DNA from: Flectonema sp. DT1601 | Lineage: Eukaryota | Reading direction: 5' to 3' | Assembly: GCA_964019425.1 (NCBI GenBank) | Contig: OZ025789.1 | Location: 1,364,001 to 1,428,000, forward strand | Length of the DNA: 64,000 nt | Part shown: positions 45,801 through 57,500 of the stretch, one piece after another | How the letters are laid out: each line of letters begins with the position of its first letter | Position numbering within the stretch: the stretch's first letter is position 1 | Program-made: the position numbers and the translations under genes | Notes under the pieces: model-generated | Databases searched by the model: none | Told to the model about the DNA's origin: nothing | Seen by the model: the letters and a program-made list of their open reading frames with translations, nothing else

Positions 45801-47349
45801 CGCGGAGCTGGGGAGCAACTGCGGTGGAAATACAACACCGAGACCACCGACAACCAGCACACCAACTCTTCCAACGTCTCCTCCGGTTACAACGCCGCGA
45901 CCACCAACAACAAGTCCTCCAGTTCCATCTCCAACAGCAGCAGTGACTCCAAGACCTGCTTCAGGTGTTCAATGCAACATTTGGAATTCATGTAGTGCCA
46001 CACCCGACTGCTGTCCGACTGGAACATCCTGTTACAATCAGGACCAGCACTACGCACAGTGCAGGCCTTCGTGTCCTAGTAACTGGGCGTGCAGCAACCA
46101 AACCCCAAAACCACCCACCGCGACTCCAATGCCGCCAACAGCCACCAACGCTCCCGTACCAACACCGGAACCTACTGATGCTCCAGTACCAACACCAGAA
46201 CCTACTGATGCTCCAGTACCAACACCGGAACCTACTGATGCTCCAGTACCAACACCAGAACCTACTGATGCTCCAGTACCAACACCGGAACCTACTGATG
46301 CTCCATTACCAACTCCAGAACCTACTGATGCTCCAACACCGAAACCCACTGATGCGACTCCAAAGCCAACATCTTCAGCAGGAAAAACAGGTGTGCACCT
46401 CTGTTCCGACAGGATTGCTGAATGGGGAGGGTGCAGTGCTGCCCCGTATTGCTGTGCTGACGGCCTGACATGTTTTGAACAAAGTGAATGGTACGCTCAG
46501 TGTGGGAAAACCTGCAGCGGTGGGAGTTGCAAAGACTTGGGAAAGCTCAAAGACGTGAGCGAGTTGGGTGAATTGGGTCAAGAAGCACCAGTTTGTAATA
46601 ACTGCCTTTCATGGCAGAACAATGATGTGTACTGCACTGGTAGTGGAGGTTGTAATACAATTCCAAACTCAGGAACTTGTATGGCGGGAGATTCAAAGTG
46701 CTTTGGCAGCAGTGATGCGGCAGAGGGTGCCAGGAAGGTGATTACTTTCGTGTTGAAGAACGGAGTTTCTGCTTTCGATCGATCGGAATTCGAAAGATTA
46801 ATCCACAGCTGTCTGCGTGACCCTGCAGCAAAGGTGTTGCTGAAGTACCTCTGTCCGAGCAGTGTTTGTCCGGGTGGTGTTTGTGCTGATCCATTTGGAG
46901 GCGCATCGAAGTGTTTCTCGTTGTTTGACATCAGCGCAGGTAGGATTAGCATCTTGGAAGGGAACACTGCAGAAGGATCAGTTGTTGGCTTTGAGATCGA
47001 AGGGAGTGACGAGGGATTGGTTTCCTCTTATAATGAGAAGCAACTCCCGGGTGTTGTTTCGATGCACGAGGAATGGCAATCTGCTGGTTACGATGGAAGC
47101 GAAGACGGTAGCAGCACTGTCAACAGCAGCTTGTTAACAGCCCTTATTGCTACTGTTGCTGCCGTGGTTGGATGTGTGTTGATGGCTGTAGGAGTTACAT
47201 TCTACAAAAGAACCCATCAGAATGCCGCTCCCACCGCTGGATCCGTAGAAATTGCATTTGACGGTGACGACGAAGTACTTGCGACTGAAGCCGATGCTCT
47301 TTCGAAAACAACAACTGCGAATGAGCATGACTACCAGTTTCAAATATAA
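42841..47349 (+). CDS. GH18 chitinase-like protein, copy 4 (3 GH18 domains, 6 stalk repeats)
   Basis: 1502 aa, with three 1014-bp GH18 units. Confidence 0.92.
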   Translation: MMKYLLSFVLLLLTQEGIGSETDRMIAYVGNWQACPTSEQTASYTELLIAFAVTYQWAPGKNTCNTQCVIGSPVPICNNKPNAPLVSQWQSEGKKVILSFGGAGMGGSWSSSVDDCWDYCYGKEDFVVEQLVNIVSVQGFDGVDIDYEYYYENGQKGSSFSKGAEAQKFLREVTQKLRAQLPAGKIVSHAPMDSDMVKGTGYYNVIKSVAGDLDFLMPQYYNGLVRPETAFTSNDQKALTHYTDLVDDVFSGDGTKMTFGFCISDCPGYNTQSSTAVQVVQRMKSHFPCNGGVFFWVANHDTSGLWSKAVAAELGSNCGGNTTPRPPTTSTPTLPTSPPVTTPRPPTTSPPVPSPIGSETDRMIAYVGNWQACPTSEQTASYTELLIAFAVTYQWAPGKNTCNTQCVIGSPVPICNNKPNAPLVSQWQSEGKKVILSFGGAGMGGSWSSSVDDCWDYCYGKEDFVVEQLVNIVSVQGFDGVDIDYEYYYENGQKGSSFSKGAEAQKFLREVTQKLRAQLPAGKIVSHAPMDSDMVKGTGYYNVIKSVAGDLDFLMPQYYNGLVRPETAFTSNDQKALTHYTDLVDDVFSGDGTKMTFGFCISDCPGYNTQSSTAVQVVQRMKSHFPCNGGVFFWVANHDTSGLWSKAVAAELGSNCGGNTTPRPPTTSTPTLPTSPPVTTPRPPTTSPPVPSPIGSETDRMIAYVGNWQACPTSEQTASYTELLIAFAVTYQWAPGKNTCNTQCVIGSPVPICNNKPNAPLVSQWQSEGKKVILSFGGAGMGGSWSSSVDDCWDYCYGKEDFVVEQLVNIVSVQGFDGVDIDYEYYYENGQKGSSFSKGAEAQKFLREVTQKLRAQLPAGKIVSHAPMDSDMVKGTGYYNVIKSVAGDLDFLMPQYYNGLVRPETAFTSNDQKALTHYTDLVDDVFSGDGTKMTFGFCISDCPGYNTQSSTAVQVVQRMKSHFPCNGGVFFWVANHDTSGLWSKAVAAELGSNCGGNTTPRPPTTSTPTLPTSPPVTTPRPPTTSPPVPSPTAAVTPRPASGVQCNIWNSCSATPDCCPTGTSCYNQDQHYAQCRPSCPSNWACSNQTPKPPTATPMPPTATNAPVPTPEPTDAPVPTPEPTDAPVPTPEPTDAPVPTPEPTDAPVPTPEPTDAPLPTPEPTDAPTPKPTDATPKPTSSAGKTGVHLCSDRIAEWGGCSAAPYCCADGLTCFEQSEWYAQCGKTCSGGSCKDLGKLKDVSELGELGQEAPVCNNCLSWQNNDVYCTGSGGCNTIPNSGTCMAGDSKCFGSSDAAEGARKVITFVLKNGVSAFDRSEFERLIHSCLRDPAAKVLLKYLCPSSVCPGGVCADPFGGASKCFSLFDISAGRISILEGNTAEGSVVGFEIEGSDEGLVSSYNEKQLPGVVSMHEEWQSAGYDGSEDGSSTVNSSLLTALIATVAAVVGCVLMAVGVTFYKRTHQNAAPTAGSVEIAFDGDDEVLATEADALSKTTTANEHDYQFQI

Positions 47350-48834
47350 GTTGGAACCAACACTTGACTAAACTCAGACTAAACACAGTGAACAATTATT
47401 GTATCTTATCTATCCTCTTATTCCCGATGTGGTGCTGTAGTGTACCGTATCCCGCGATCGAACGAATGAAACCATGCATTCGTGTTTTTTTTTGGTTTCT
47501 TCGTTCCATTTTTACTTAGTTCATTCGCGAACATAAAGAAACAGTAATCAAACTATCCTGAAGTTCTTAACATTTGTTTTTTTTCCCCTCAATTTAGTGC
47601 TGCCGAGCAACACTTTTGTACAAACGAGAGTGATCCATTATGCACAAGTGTTGCTCAAAAGAGTGTTGTTTCAAAGACTTCAAGGAAATAAGGATAAACG
47701 AAATAAAGTGGAAAAAATAAAACAATTCCTCGGTGCAATGTTGCGACGTACATATCCTCAAGGAGTAGATCTTTAGTGGATGTCGTCAAACAGTTATCTG
47801 AGTGTTGTTTTCCTCCCATAGCCTTCTTTTTTTTTTCATAGTCTCGCTCACCGCAGACGCGACATAATATTATATCTTTTTGTCGATTATTACTTTCTTT
47901 TCTTTTTGCAACTGCAGTTTTGTTCATTTTGTGTGAACTCAAGCTTACGGTGACCCCTTCATTGGGTTAGCTGTTTGTTATGTTAATGAAAATTTGTTTT
48001 CTTTTTTTGGTTTAGCCTTTAACTTTAAGGTAAAAGCAACAAAGTTAACTTCTTATCACTTGGAAACAAGTGACCCTCTCTTTAACTACACTTTATAGTC
48101 TTTCCTCGCTGACAATCTTTCGGTAAATAATCGACAGGCAAGAATGAATCTCGCTGATTCGTGTTTATTCCTGTACAATTTCTCTCTTAATGACTAATTC
48201 GCATTTGCTTGCTATTCGAGGCAGCAAAATTCATGGTCTTTTTTTCTTCATACACAGCAATATTTTTTTTGTGCTCTCTTAACAGTTTTTTTGTGCCTTT
48301 AACTAACTAACAAACTAACTACACTCTATACTCGTTTCCTTGCTGAAGATTCTTTTCTTTGTAAGCGTCTCGAAACTTTTTATTACGCAAAACACATGAA
48401 GTGTAATTTTGTTTTACAGTCCCGCGGTAACGGTGACACTACAAATTCCCTTCCTCTGTCCCCCTTTTTGGAATACAACATCGCCCGTTAAAGTAATTTG
48501 TTGTTTCAATAAGACTCTCAAGAGTTTGTTGTTGATTACATATTGCTTTCTGTGTTCCTGTTGAAAGAATCAGAACAGGGTTTCAAATGGAAGTAACTAC
48601 GCACTCTCTCCTTTATCCATTTCCATTTCATCTTCTTATTGCTTTCTGATATGCGACCTGATAAAGGTATTCGATTGTGCTTCAGCTAGCATTCTATCTC
48701 TTGCTGTTGCTGTTGAGAACTGTTTTGTTTTAATTTCCACGTAGTTTGCTTCCTTATGGAACTTGTTTGAATTGAGTGTGCCAAAAAGCATAGTTGTAAT
48801 TATTGTTTCCAACCCCACAGCTCACACAGTAAAT

Positions 48835-48900
48835 ATGTCCACCATCACTAAGCTTCACGCCAGAGAGGTAATCGACTCGAGAGGTAACCCAACTGTCGAG
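48835..48900 (+). pseudogene. Enolase exon-1 stub
   Basis: Same sequence and deletion junction as the other stubs. Confidence 0.92.
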
Positions 48901-49242
48901 GTATGAATGTAATGTTTTTGTGTAGATTTGATTGCAGGTGATCTCCCCGGTCAAATATGTATCCGAGAGAGGATGATTTCCTTCTTGATTGCATTTCTTT
49001 CGTTCTTCCTTTTCTTTATCCCGCTTCCCCGAGAATTATCGAAAAGATTTGGTAACGCTGCAGATTCGTGCCTGGTGATATCTTCTGATACTTTTTTTGT
49101 GGTAAGATATTCCGTTTTAAACATTTCTTCTCTGCAACAGGTGGGGGATTGAGTTGTGTTAATTTTAAAGTTTGAAGACCTGCTGAACTTTGTGAAAGTC
49201 TTACTAACTGAAGTTATTCAATACAGTTTATACACTTACTAC

Positions 49243-52200
49243 ATGATGAAATATCTACTGTCATTTGTGTTGTTACTCCTCACACAAGAAGGGATTGGGA
49301 GTGAAACTGATAGGATGATTGCATACGTTGGGAACTGGCAAGCCTGCCCTACCAGCGAACAGACTGCTTCGTACACGGAGTTACTCATCGCTTTTGCGGT
49401 GACTTACCAATGGGCTCCTGGGAAAAACACCTGCAACACGCAGTGCGTTATCGGAAGCCCGGTTCCGATTTGCAACAACAAACCAAACGCACCACTTGTG
49501 TCTCAGTGGCAGTCGGAGGGAAAGAAAGTCATCCTTTCATTTGGAGGAGCTGGAATGGGAGGATCGTGGAGCTCAAGTGTCGACGACTGTTGGGATTACT
49601 GCTATGGTAAGGAAGACTTCGTCGTTGAGCAGCTGGTGAATATTGTTTCGGTTCAGGGATTCGATGGAGTAGATATTGACTACGAGTACTACTACGAGAA
49701 TGGTCAAAAGGGTTCGTCTTTCTCTAAAGGAGCGGAGGCGCAGAAGTTCTTGAGGGAGGTGACACAGAAGCTCCGCGCACAGCTGCCTGCCGGGAAGATA
49801 GTATCCCATGCACCAATGGACTCTGACATGGTAAAGGGAACTGGTTACTACAATGTGATTAAGAGCGTGGCCGGTGACTTGGATTTCCTGATGCCTCAAT
49901 ACTACAATGGATTGGTTCGACCAGAAACCGCGTTCACATCAAACGATCAAAAAGCTTTGACTCACTACACAGATCTTGTTGATGATGTATTCTCAGGGGA
50001 CGGAACAAAGATGACGTTCGGATTTTGTATCAGTGACTGTCCAGGATACAATACTCAATCATCAACAGCTGTCCAGGTTGTACAGAGGATGAAGTCACAC
50101 TTTCCTTGCAACGGAGGAGTGTTCTTCTGGGTAGCGAATCACGATACTTCGGGATTATGGTCAAAGGCCGTCGCCGCGGAGCTGGGGAGCAACTGCGGTG
50201 GAAATACAACACCGAGACCACCGACAACCAGCACACCAACTCTTCCAACGTCTCCTCCGGTTACAACGCCGCGACCACCAACAACAAGTCCTCCAGTTCC
50301 ATCTCCAATTGGGAGTGAAACTGATAGGATGATTGCATACGTTGGGAACTGGCAAGCCTGCCCTACCAGCGAACAGACTGCTTCGTACACGGAGCTACTC
50401 ATCGCTTTTGCGGTGACTTACCAATGGGCTCCTGGGAAAAACACCTGCAACACGCAGTGCGTTATCGGAAGCCCGGTTCCGATTTGCAACAACAAACCAA
50501 ACGCACCACTTGTGTCTCAGTGGCAGTCGGAGGGAAAGAAAGTCATCCTTTCATTTGGAGGAGCTGGAATGGGAGGATCGTGGAGCTCAAGTGTCGACGA
50601 CTGTTGGGATTACTGTTATGGTAAGGAAGACTTCGTCGTTGAGCAGCTGGTGAATATTGTTTCGGTTCAGGGATTCGATGGAGTAGATATTGACTACGAG
50701 TACTACTACGAGAATGGTCAAAAGGGTTCGTCTTTCTCTAAAGGAGCGGAGGCGCAGAAGTTCTTGAGGGAGGTGACACAGAAGCTCCGCGCACAGCTGC
50801 CTGCCGGGAAGATTGTATCCCATGCACCAATGGACTCTGACATGGTAAAGGGAACTGGTTACTACAATGTGATTAAGAGCGTGGCCGGTGACTTGGATTT
50901 CCTGATGCCTCAATACTACAATGGATTGGTTCGACCAGAAACCGCGTTCACATCGAACGATCAAAAAGCTTTGACTCACTACACAGATCTTGTTGATGAT
51001 GTATTCTCAGGGGACGGAACAAAGATGACGTTCGGATTTTGTATCAGTGACTGTCCAGGATACAATACTCAATCATCAACAGCTGTCCAGGTTGTACAGA
51101 GGATGAAGTCACACTTTCCTTGCAACGGAGGAGTGTTCTTCTGGGTAGCGAATCACGATACTTCGGGATTATGGTCAAAGGCCGTCGCCGCGGAGCTGGG
51201 GAGCAACTGCGGTGGAAATACAACACCGAGACCACCGACAACCAGCACACCAACTCTTCCAACGTCTCCTCCGGTTACAACGCCGCGACCACCAACAACA
51301 AGTCCTCCAGTTCCATCTCCAACAGCAGCAGTGACTCCAAGACCTGCTTCAGGTGTTCAATGCAACATTTGGAATTCATGTAGTGCCACACCCGACTGCT
51401 GTCCGACTGGAACATCCTGTTACAATCAGGACCAGCACTACGCACAGTGCAGGCCTTCGTGTCCTAGTAACTGGGCGTGCAGCAACCAAACCCCAAAACC
51501 ACCCACCGCGACTCCAATGCCGCCAACAGCCACCAACGCTCCCGTACCAACACCGGAACCTACTGATGCTCCAGTACCAACACCGGAACCTACTGATGCT
51601 CCAGTACCAACACCAGAACCTACTGATGCTCCAGTACCAACACCGGAACCTACTGATGCTCCATTACCAACTCCAGAACCTACTGATGCTCCAACACCGA
51701 AACCCACTGATGCGACTCCAAAGCCAACATCTTCAGCAGGAAAAACAGGTGTGCACCTCTGTTCCGACAGGATTGCTGAATGGGGAGGGTGCAGTGCTGC
51801 CCCGTATTGCTGTGCTGACGGCCTGACATGTTTTGAACAAAGTGAATGGTACGCTCAGTGTGGGAAAACCTGCAGCGGTGGGAGTTGCAAAGACTTGGGA
51901 AAGCTCAAAGACGTGAGCGAGTTGGGTGAATTGGGTCAAGAAGCACCAGTTTGTAATAACTGCCTTTCATGGCAGAACAATGATGTGTACTGCACTGGTA
52001 GTGGAGGTTGTAATACAATTCCAAACTCAGGAACTTGTATGGCGGGAGATTCAAAGTGCTTTGGCAGCAGTGATGCGGCAGAGGGTGCCAGGAAGGTGAT
52101 TACTTTCGTGTTGAAGAACGGAGTTTCTGCTTTCGATCGATCGGAATTCGAAAGATTAATCCACAGCTGTCTGCGTGACCCTGCAGCAAAGGTGTTGCTG

Positions 52201-52707
52201 AAGTACCTCTGTCCGAGCAGTGTTTGTCCGGGTGGTGTTTGTGCTGATCCATTTGGAGGCGCATCGAAGTGTTTCTCGTTGTTTGACATCAGCGCAGGTA
52301 GGATTAGCATCTTGGAAGGGAACACTGCAGAAGGATCAGTTGTTGGCTTTGAGATCGAAGGGAGTGACGAGGGATTGGTTTCCTCTTATAATGAGAAGCA
52401 GCTCCCGGGTGTTGTTTCGATGCACGAGGAATGGCAATCTGCTGGTTACGATGGAAGCGAAGACGGTAGCAGCACTGTCAACAGCAGCTTGTTAACAGCC
52501 CTTATTGCTACTGTTGCTGCCGTGGTTGGATGTGTGTTGATGGCTGTAGGAGTTACATTCTACAAAAGAACCCATCAGAATGCCGCTCCCACCGCTGGAT
52601 CCGTAGAAATTGCATTTGACGGTGACGACGAAGTACTTGCGACTGAAGCCGATGCTCTTTCGAAAACAACAACTGCGAATGAGCATGACTACCAGTTTCA
52701 AATATAA
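49243..52707 (+). CDS. GH18 chitinase-like protein, copy 5 (2 GH18 domains, 5 stalk repeats)
   Basis: Near-identical paralog; ATG at 49243. Confidence 0.92.
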   Translation: MMKYLLSFVLLLLTQEGIGSETDRMIAYVGNWQACPTSEQTASYTELLIAFAVTYQWAPGKNTCNTQCVIGSPVPICNNKPNAPLVSQWQSEGKKVILSFGGAGMGGSWSSSVDDCWDYCYGKEDFVVEQLVNIVSVQGFDGVDIDYEYYYENGQKGSSFSKGAEAQKFLREVTQKLRAQLPAGKIVSHAPMDSDMVKGTGYYNVIKSVAGDLDFLMPQYYNGLVRPETAFTSNDQKALTHYTDLVDDVFSGDGTKMTFGFCISDCPGYNTQSSTAVQVVQRMKSHFPCNGGVFFWVANHDTSGLWSKAVAAELGSNCGGNTTPRPPTTSTPTLPTSPPVTTPRPPTTSPPVPSPIGSETDRMIAYVGNWQACPTSEQTASYTELLIAFAVTYQWAPGKNTCNTQCVIGSPVPICNNKPNAPLVSQWQSEGKKVILSFGGAGMGGSWSSSVDDCWDYCYGKEDFVVEQLVNIVSVQGFDGVDIDYEYYYENGQKGSSFSKGAEAQKFLREVTQKLRAQLPAGKIVSHAPMDSDMVKGTGYYNVIKSVAGDLDFLMPQYYNGLVRPETAFTSNDQKALTHYTDLVDDVFSGDGTKMTFGFCISDCPGYNTQSSTAVQVVQRMKSHFPCNGGVFFWVANHDTSGLWSKAVAAELGSNCGGNTTPRPPTTSTPTLPTSPPVTTPRPPTTSPPVPSPTAAVTPRPASGVQCNIWNSCSATPDCCPTGTSCYNQDQHYAQCRPSCPSNWACSNQTPKPPTATPMPPTATNAPVPTPEPTDAPVPTPEPTDAPVPTPEPTDAPVPTPEPTDAPLPTPEPTDAPTPKPTDATPKPTSSAGKTGVHLCSDRIAEWGGCSAAPYCCADGLTCFEQSEWYAQCGKTCSGGSCKDLGKLKDVSELGELGQEAPVCNNCLSWQNNDVYCTGSGGCNTIPNSGTCMAGDSKCFGSSDAAEGARKVITFVLKNGVSAFDRSEFERLIHSCLRDPAAKVLLKYLCPSSVCPGGVCADPFGGASKCFSLFDISAGRISILEGNTAEGSVVGFEIEGSDEGLVSSYNEKQLPGVVSMHEEWQSAGYDGSEDGSSTVNSSLLTALIATVAAVVGCVLMAVGVTFYKRTHQNAAPTAGSVEIAFDGDDEVLATEADALSKTTTANEHDYQFQI

Positions 52708-54183
52708 GTTGGAACCAACACTTGACTAAACTCAGACTAAACACAGTGAACAATTATTGTATCTTATCTATCCTCTTATTCCCGATGTGGTGCTGTAGTG
52801 TACCGTATCCCGCGATCGAACGAATGAAACCATGCATTCGTGTTTTTTTTTGGTTTCTTCGTTCCATTTTTACTTAGTTCATTCGCGAACATAAAGAAAC
52901 AGTAATCAAACTATCCTGAAGTTCTTAACATTTGTTTTTTTTCCCCTCAATTTAGTGCTGCCGAGCAACACTTTTGTATGAACGAGAGTGATCCATTATG
53001 CACAAGTGTTGCTCAAAAGAGTGTTGTTTCAAAGACTTCAAGGAAATAAGGATAAACGAAATAAAGTGAAAAAAATAAAACAATTCCTCGGTGCAATGTT
53101 GCGACGTACATATCCTCAAGGAGTAGATCTTTAGTGGATGTCGTCAAACAGTTATCTGAGTGTTGTTTTCCTCCCATAGCTTCTTTTTCTTTCATAGTCT
53201 CGCTCACCGCAGACGCGACATAATATTATATCTTTTTGTCGATTATTACCTTCTTTTCTTTTTGCAACTGCAGTTTTGTTCATTTTGTGTGAACTCAAGC
53301 TTACGGTGACCCCTTCATTGGGTTAGCTGTTTGTTATGTTAATGAAAATTTGTTTTCTTTTTTTGGTTTAGCCTTTAACTTTAAGGTAAAAGCAACAAAG
53401 TTAACTTCTTATCACTTGGAAACAAGTGACCCTCTCTTTAACTACAGTCTTTCCTCGCTGACAATCTTTCGGTAAATAATCGACAGGCAAGAATGAATCT
53501 CGCTGATTTGTGTTTATTCCTGTACAATTTCTCTCTTAATGACTAATTCGCATTTGCTTGCTATTCGAGGCAGCAAAATTCATGGTCTTTTTTTCTTCAT
53601 ACACAGCAATATTTTTTTTGTGCTCTCTTAACAGTTTTTTTGTGTCTTTAACTAACTAACAAACTAACTACACTCTATACTCGTTTCCTTGCTGAAGATT
53701 CTTTTCTTTGTAAGCGTCTCGAAACTTTTTATTACGCAAAACACATGAAGTGTAATTTTGTTTTACAGTCCCGCGGTAACGGTGACACTACAAATTCCCT
53801 TCCTCTGTCCCCCTTTTTGGAATACAACATCGCCCGTTAAAGTAATTTGTTGTTTCAATAAGACTCTCAAGAGTTTGTTGTTGATTACATATTGCTTTCT
53901 GTGTTCCTGTTGAAAGAATCAGAACAGGGTTTCAAATGGAAGTAACTACGCACTCTCTCCTTTATCCATTTCCATTTCATCTTCTTATTGCTTTCTGATA
54001 TGCGACCTGATAAAGGTATTCGATTGTGCTTCAGCTAGCATTCTATCTCTTGCTGTTGCTGTTGAGAACTGTTTTGTTTTAATTTCCACGTAGTTTGCTT
54101 CCTTATGGAACTTGTTTGAATTGAGTGTGCCAAAAAGCATAGTTGTAATTATTGTTTCCAACCCCACAGCTCACACAGTAAAT

Positions 54184-54249
54184 ATGTCCACCATCACTAA
54201 GCTTCACGCCAGAGAGGTAATCGACTCGAGAGGTAACCCAACTGTCGAG
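54184..54249 (+). pseudogene. Enolase exon-1 stub
   Basis: Same sequence and deletion junction as the other stubs. Confidence 0.92.
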
Positions 54250-54591
54250 GTATGAATGTAATGTTTTTGTGTAGATTTGATTGCAGGTGATCTCCCCGGT
54301 CAAATATGTATCCGAGAGAGGATGATTTCCTTCTTGATTGCATTTCTTTCGTTCTTCCTTTTCTTTATCCCGCTTCCCCGAGAATTATCGAAAAGATTTG
54401 GTAACGCTGCAGATTCGTGCCTGGTGATATCTTCTGATACTTTTTTTGTGGTAAGATATTCCGTTTTAAACATTTCTTCTCTGCAACAGGTGGGGGATTG
54501 AGTTGTGTTAATTTTAAAGTTTGAAGACCTGCTGAACTTTGTGAAAGTCTTACTAACTGAAGTTATTCAATACAGTTTATACACTTACTAC

Positions 54592-57500
54592 ATGATGAAA
54601 TATCTACTGTCATTTGTGTTGTTACTCCTCACACAAGAAGGGATTGGGAGTGAAACTGATAGGATGATTGCATACGTTGGGAACTGGCAAGCCTGCCCTA
54701 CCAGCGAACAGACTGCTTCGTACACGGAGTTACTCATCGCTTTTGCGGTGACTTACCAATGGGCTCCTGGGAAAAACACCTGCAACACGCAGTGCGTTAT
54801 CGGAAGCCCGGTTCCGATTTGCAACAACAAACCAAACGCACCACTTGTGTCTCAGTGGCAGTCGGAGGGAAAGAAAGTCATCCTTTCATTTGGAGGAGCT
54901 GGAATGGGAGGATCGTGGAGCTCAAGTGTCGACGACTGTTGGGATTACTGCTATGGTAAGGAAGACTTCGTCGTTGAGCAGCTGGTGAATATTGTTTCGG
55001 TTCAGGGATTCGATGGAGTAGATATTGACTACGAGTACTACTACGAGAATGGTCAAAAGGGTTCGTCTTTCTCTAAAGGAGCGGAGGCGCAGAAGTTCTT
55101 GAGGGAGGTGACACAGAAGCTCCGCGCACAGCTGCCTGCTGGGAAGATAGTATCCCATGCACCAATGGACTCTGACATGGTAAAGGGAACTGGTTACTAC
55201 AATGTGATTAAGAGCGTGGCCGGTGACTTGGATTTCCTGATGCCTCAATACTACAATGGATTGGTTCGACCAGAAACCGCGTTCACATCGAACGATCAAA
55301 AAGCTTTGACTCACTACACAGATCTTGTTGAAGATGTGTTCTCAGGGGACGGAACAAAGATGACGTTCGGATTTTGTATCAGTGACTGTCCAGGATACAA
55401 TACTCAATCATCAACAGCTGTCCAGGTTGTACAGAGGATGAAGTCACACTTTCCTTGCAACGGAGGAGTGTTCTTCTGGGTAGCGAATCACGATACTTCG
55501 GGATTATGGTCAAAGGCCGTCGCCGCGGAGCTGGGGAGCAACTGCGGTGGAAATACAACACCGAGACCACCGACAACCAGCACACCAACTCTTCCAACGT
55601 CTCCTCCGGTTACAACGCCGCGACCACCAACAACAAGTCCTCCAGTTCCATCTCCAATTGGGAGTGAAACTGATAGGATGATTGCATACGTTGGGAACTG
55701 GCAAGCCTGCCCTACCAGCGAACAGACTGCTTCGTACACGGAGCTACTCATCGCTTTTGCGGTGACTTACCAATGGGCTCCTGGGAAAAACACCTGCAAC
55801 ACGCAGTGCGTTATCGGAAGCCCGGTTCCGATTTGCAACAACAAACCAAACGCACCACTTGTGTCTCAGTGGCAGTCGGAGGGAAAGAAAGTCATCCTTT
55901 CATTTGGAGGAGCTGGAATGGGAGGATCGTGGAGCTCAAGTGTCGACGACTGTTGGGATTACTGTTATGGTAAGGAAGACTTCGTCGTTGAGCAGCTGGT
56001 GAATATTGTTTCGGTTCAGGGATTCGATGGAGTCGATATTGACTACGAGTACTACTACGAGAATGGTCAAAAGGGTTCGTCTTTCTCTAAAGGAGCGGAG
56101 GCGCAGAAGTTCTTGAGGGAGGTGACACAGAAGCTCCGCGCACAGCTGCCTGCCGGGAAGATTGTATCCCATGCACCAATGGACTCTGACATGGTAAAGG
56201 GAACTGGTTACTACAATGTGATTAAGAGCGTGGCCGGTGACTTGGATTTCCTGATGCCTCAATACTACAATGGATTGGTTCGACCAGAAACCGCGTTCAC
56301 ATCGAACGATCAAAAAGCTTTGACTCACTACACAGATCTTGTTGATGATGTATTCTCAGGGGACGGAACAAAGATGACGTTCGGATTTTGTATCAGTGAC
56401 TGTCCAGGATACAATACTCAATCATCAACAGCTGTCCAGGTTGTACAGAGGATGAAGTCACACTTTCCTTGCAACGGAGGAGTGTTTTTCTGGGTAGCGA
56501 ATCACGATACTTCGGGATTATGGTCAAAGGCCGTCGCCGCGGAGCTGGGGAGCAACTGCGGTGGAAATACAACACCGAGACCACCGACAACCAGCACACC
56601 AACTCTTCCAACGTCTCCTCCGGTTACAACGCCGCGACCACCAACAACAAGTCCTCCAGTTCCATCTCCAACAGCAGCAGTGACTCCAAGACCTGCTTCA
56701 GGTGTTCAATGCAACATTTGGAATTCATGTAGTGCCACACCCGACTGCTGTCCGACTGGAACATCCTGTTACAATCAGGACCAGCACTACGCACAGTGCA
56801 GGCCTTCGTGTCCTAGTAACTGGGCGTGCAGCAACCAAACCCCAAAACCACCCACCGCGACTCCAATGCCGCCAACAGCCACCAACGCTCCCGTACCAAC
56901 ACCGGAACCTACTGATGCTCCAGTACCAACACCGGAACCTACTGATGCTCCAGTACCAACACCAGAACCTACTGATGCTCCAGTACCAACACCGGAACCT
57001 ACTGATGCTCCATTACCAACTCCAGAACCTACTGATGCTCCAACACCGAAACCCACTGATGCGACTCCAAAGCCAACATCTTCAGCAGGAAAAACAGGTG
57101 TGCACCTCTGTTCCGACAGGATTGCTGAATGGGGAGGGTGCAGTGCTGCCCCGTATTGCTGTGCTGACGGCCTGACATGTTTTGAACAAAGTGAATGGTA
57201 CGCTCAGTGTGGGAAAACCTGCAGCGGTGGGAGTTGCAAAGACTTGGGAAAGCTCAAAGACGTGAGCGAGTTGGGTGAATTGGGTCAAGAAGCACCAGTT
57301 TGTAATAACTGCCTTTCATGGCAGAACAATGATGTGTACTGCACTGGTAGTGGAGGTTGTAATACAATTCCAAACTCAGGAACTTGTATGGCGGGAGATT
57401 CAAAGTGCTTTGGCAGCAGTGATGCGGCAGAGGGTGCCAGGAAGGTGATTACTTTCGTGTTGAAGAACGGAGTTTCTGCTTTCGATCGATCGGAATTCGA

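Noticed and set aside
48835..49243. In-frame enolase exon 1-chitinase fusion protein via the AG at 49170
   Set aside because: In frame only for copies 5 and 6. The acceptor (taaag) does not fit the AACAG consensus and an earlier AACAG precedes it.
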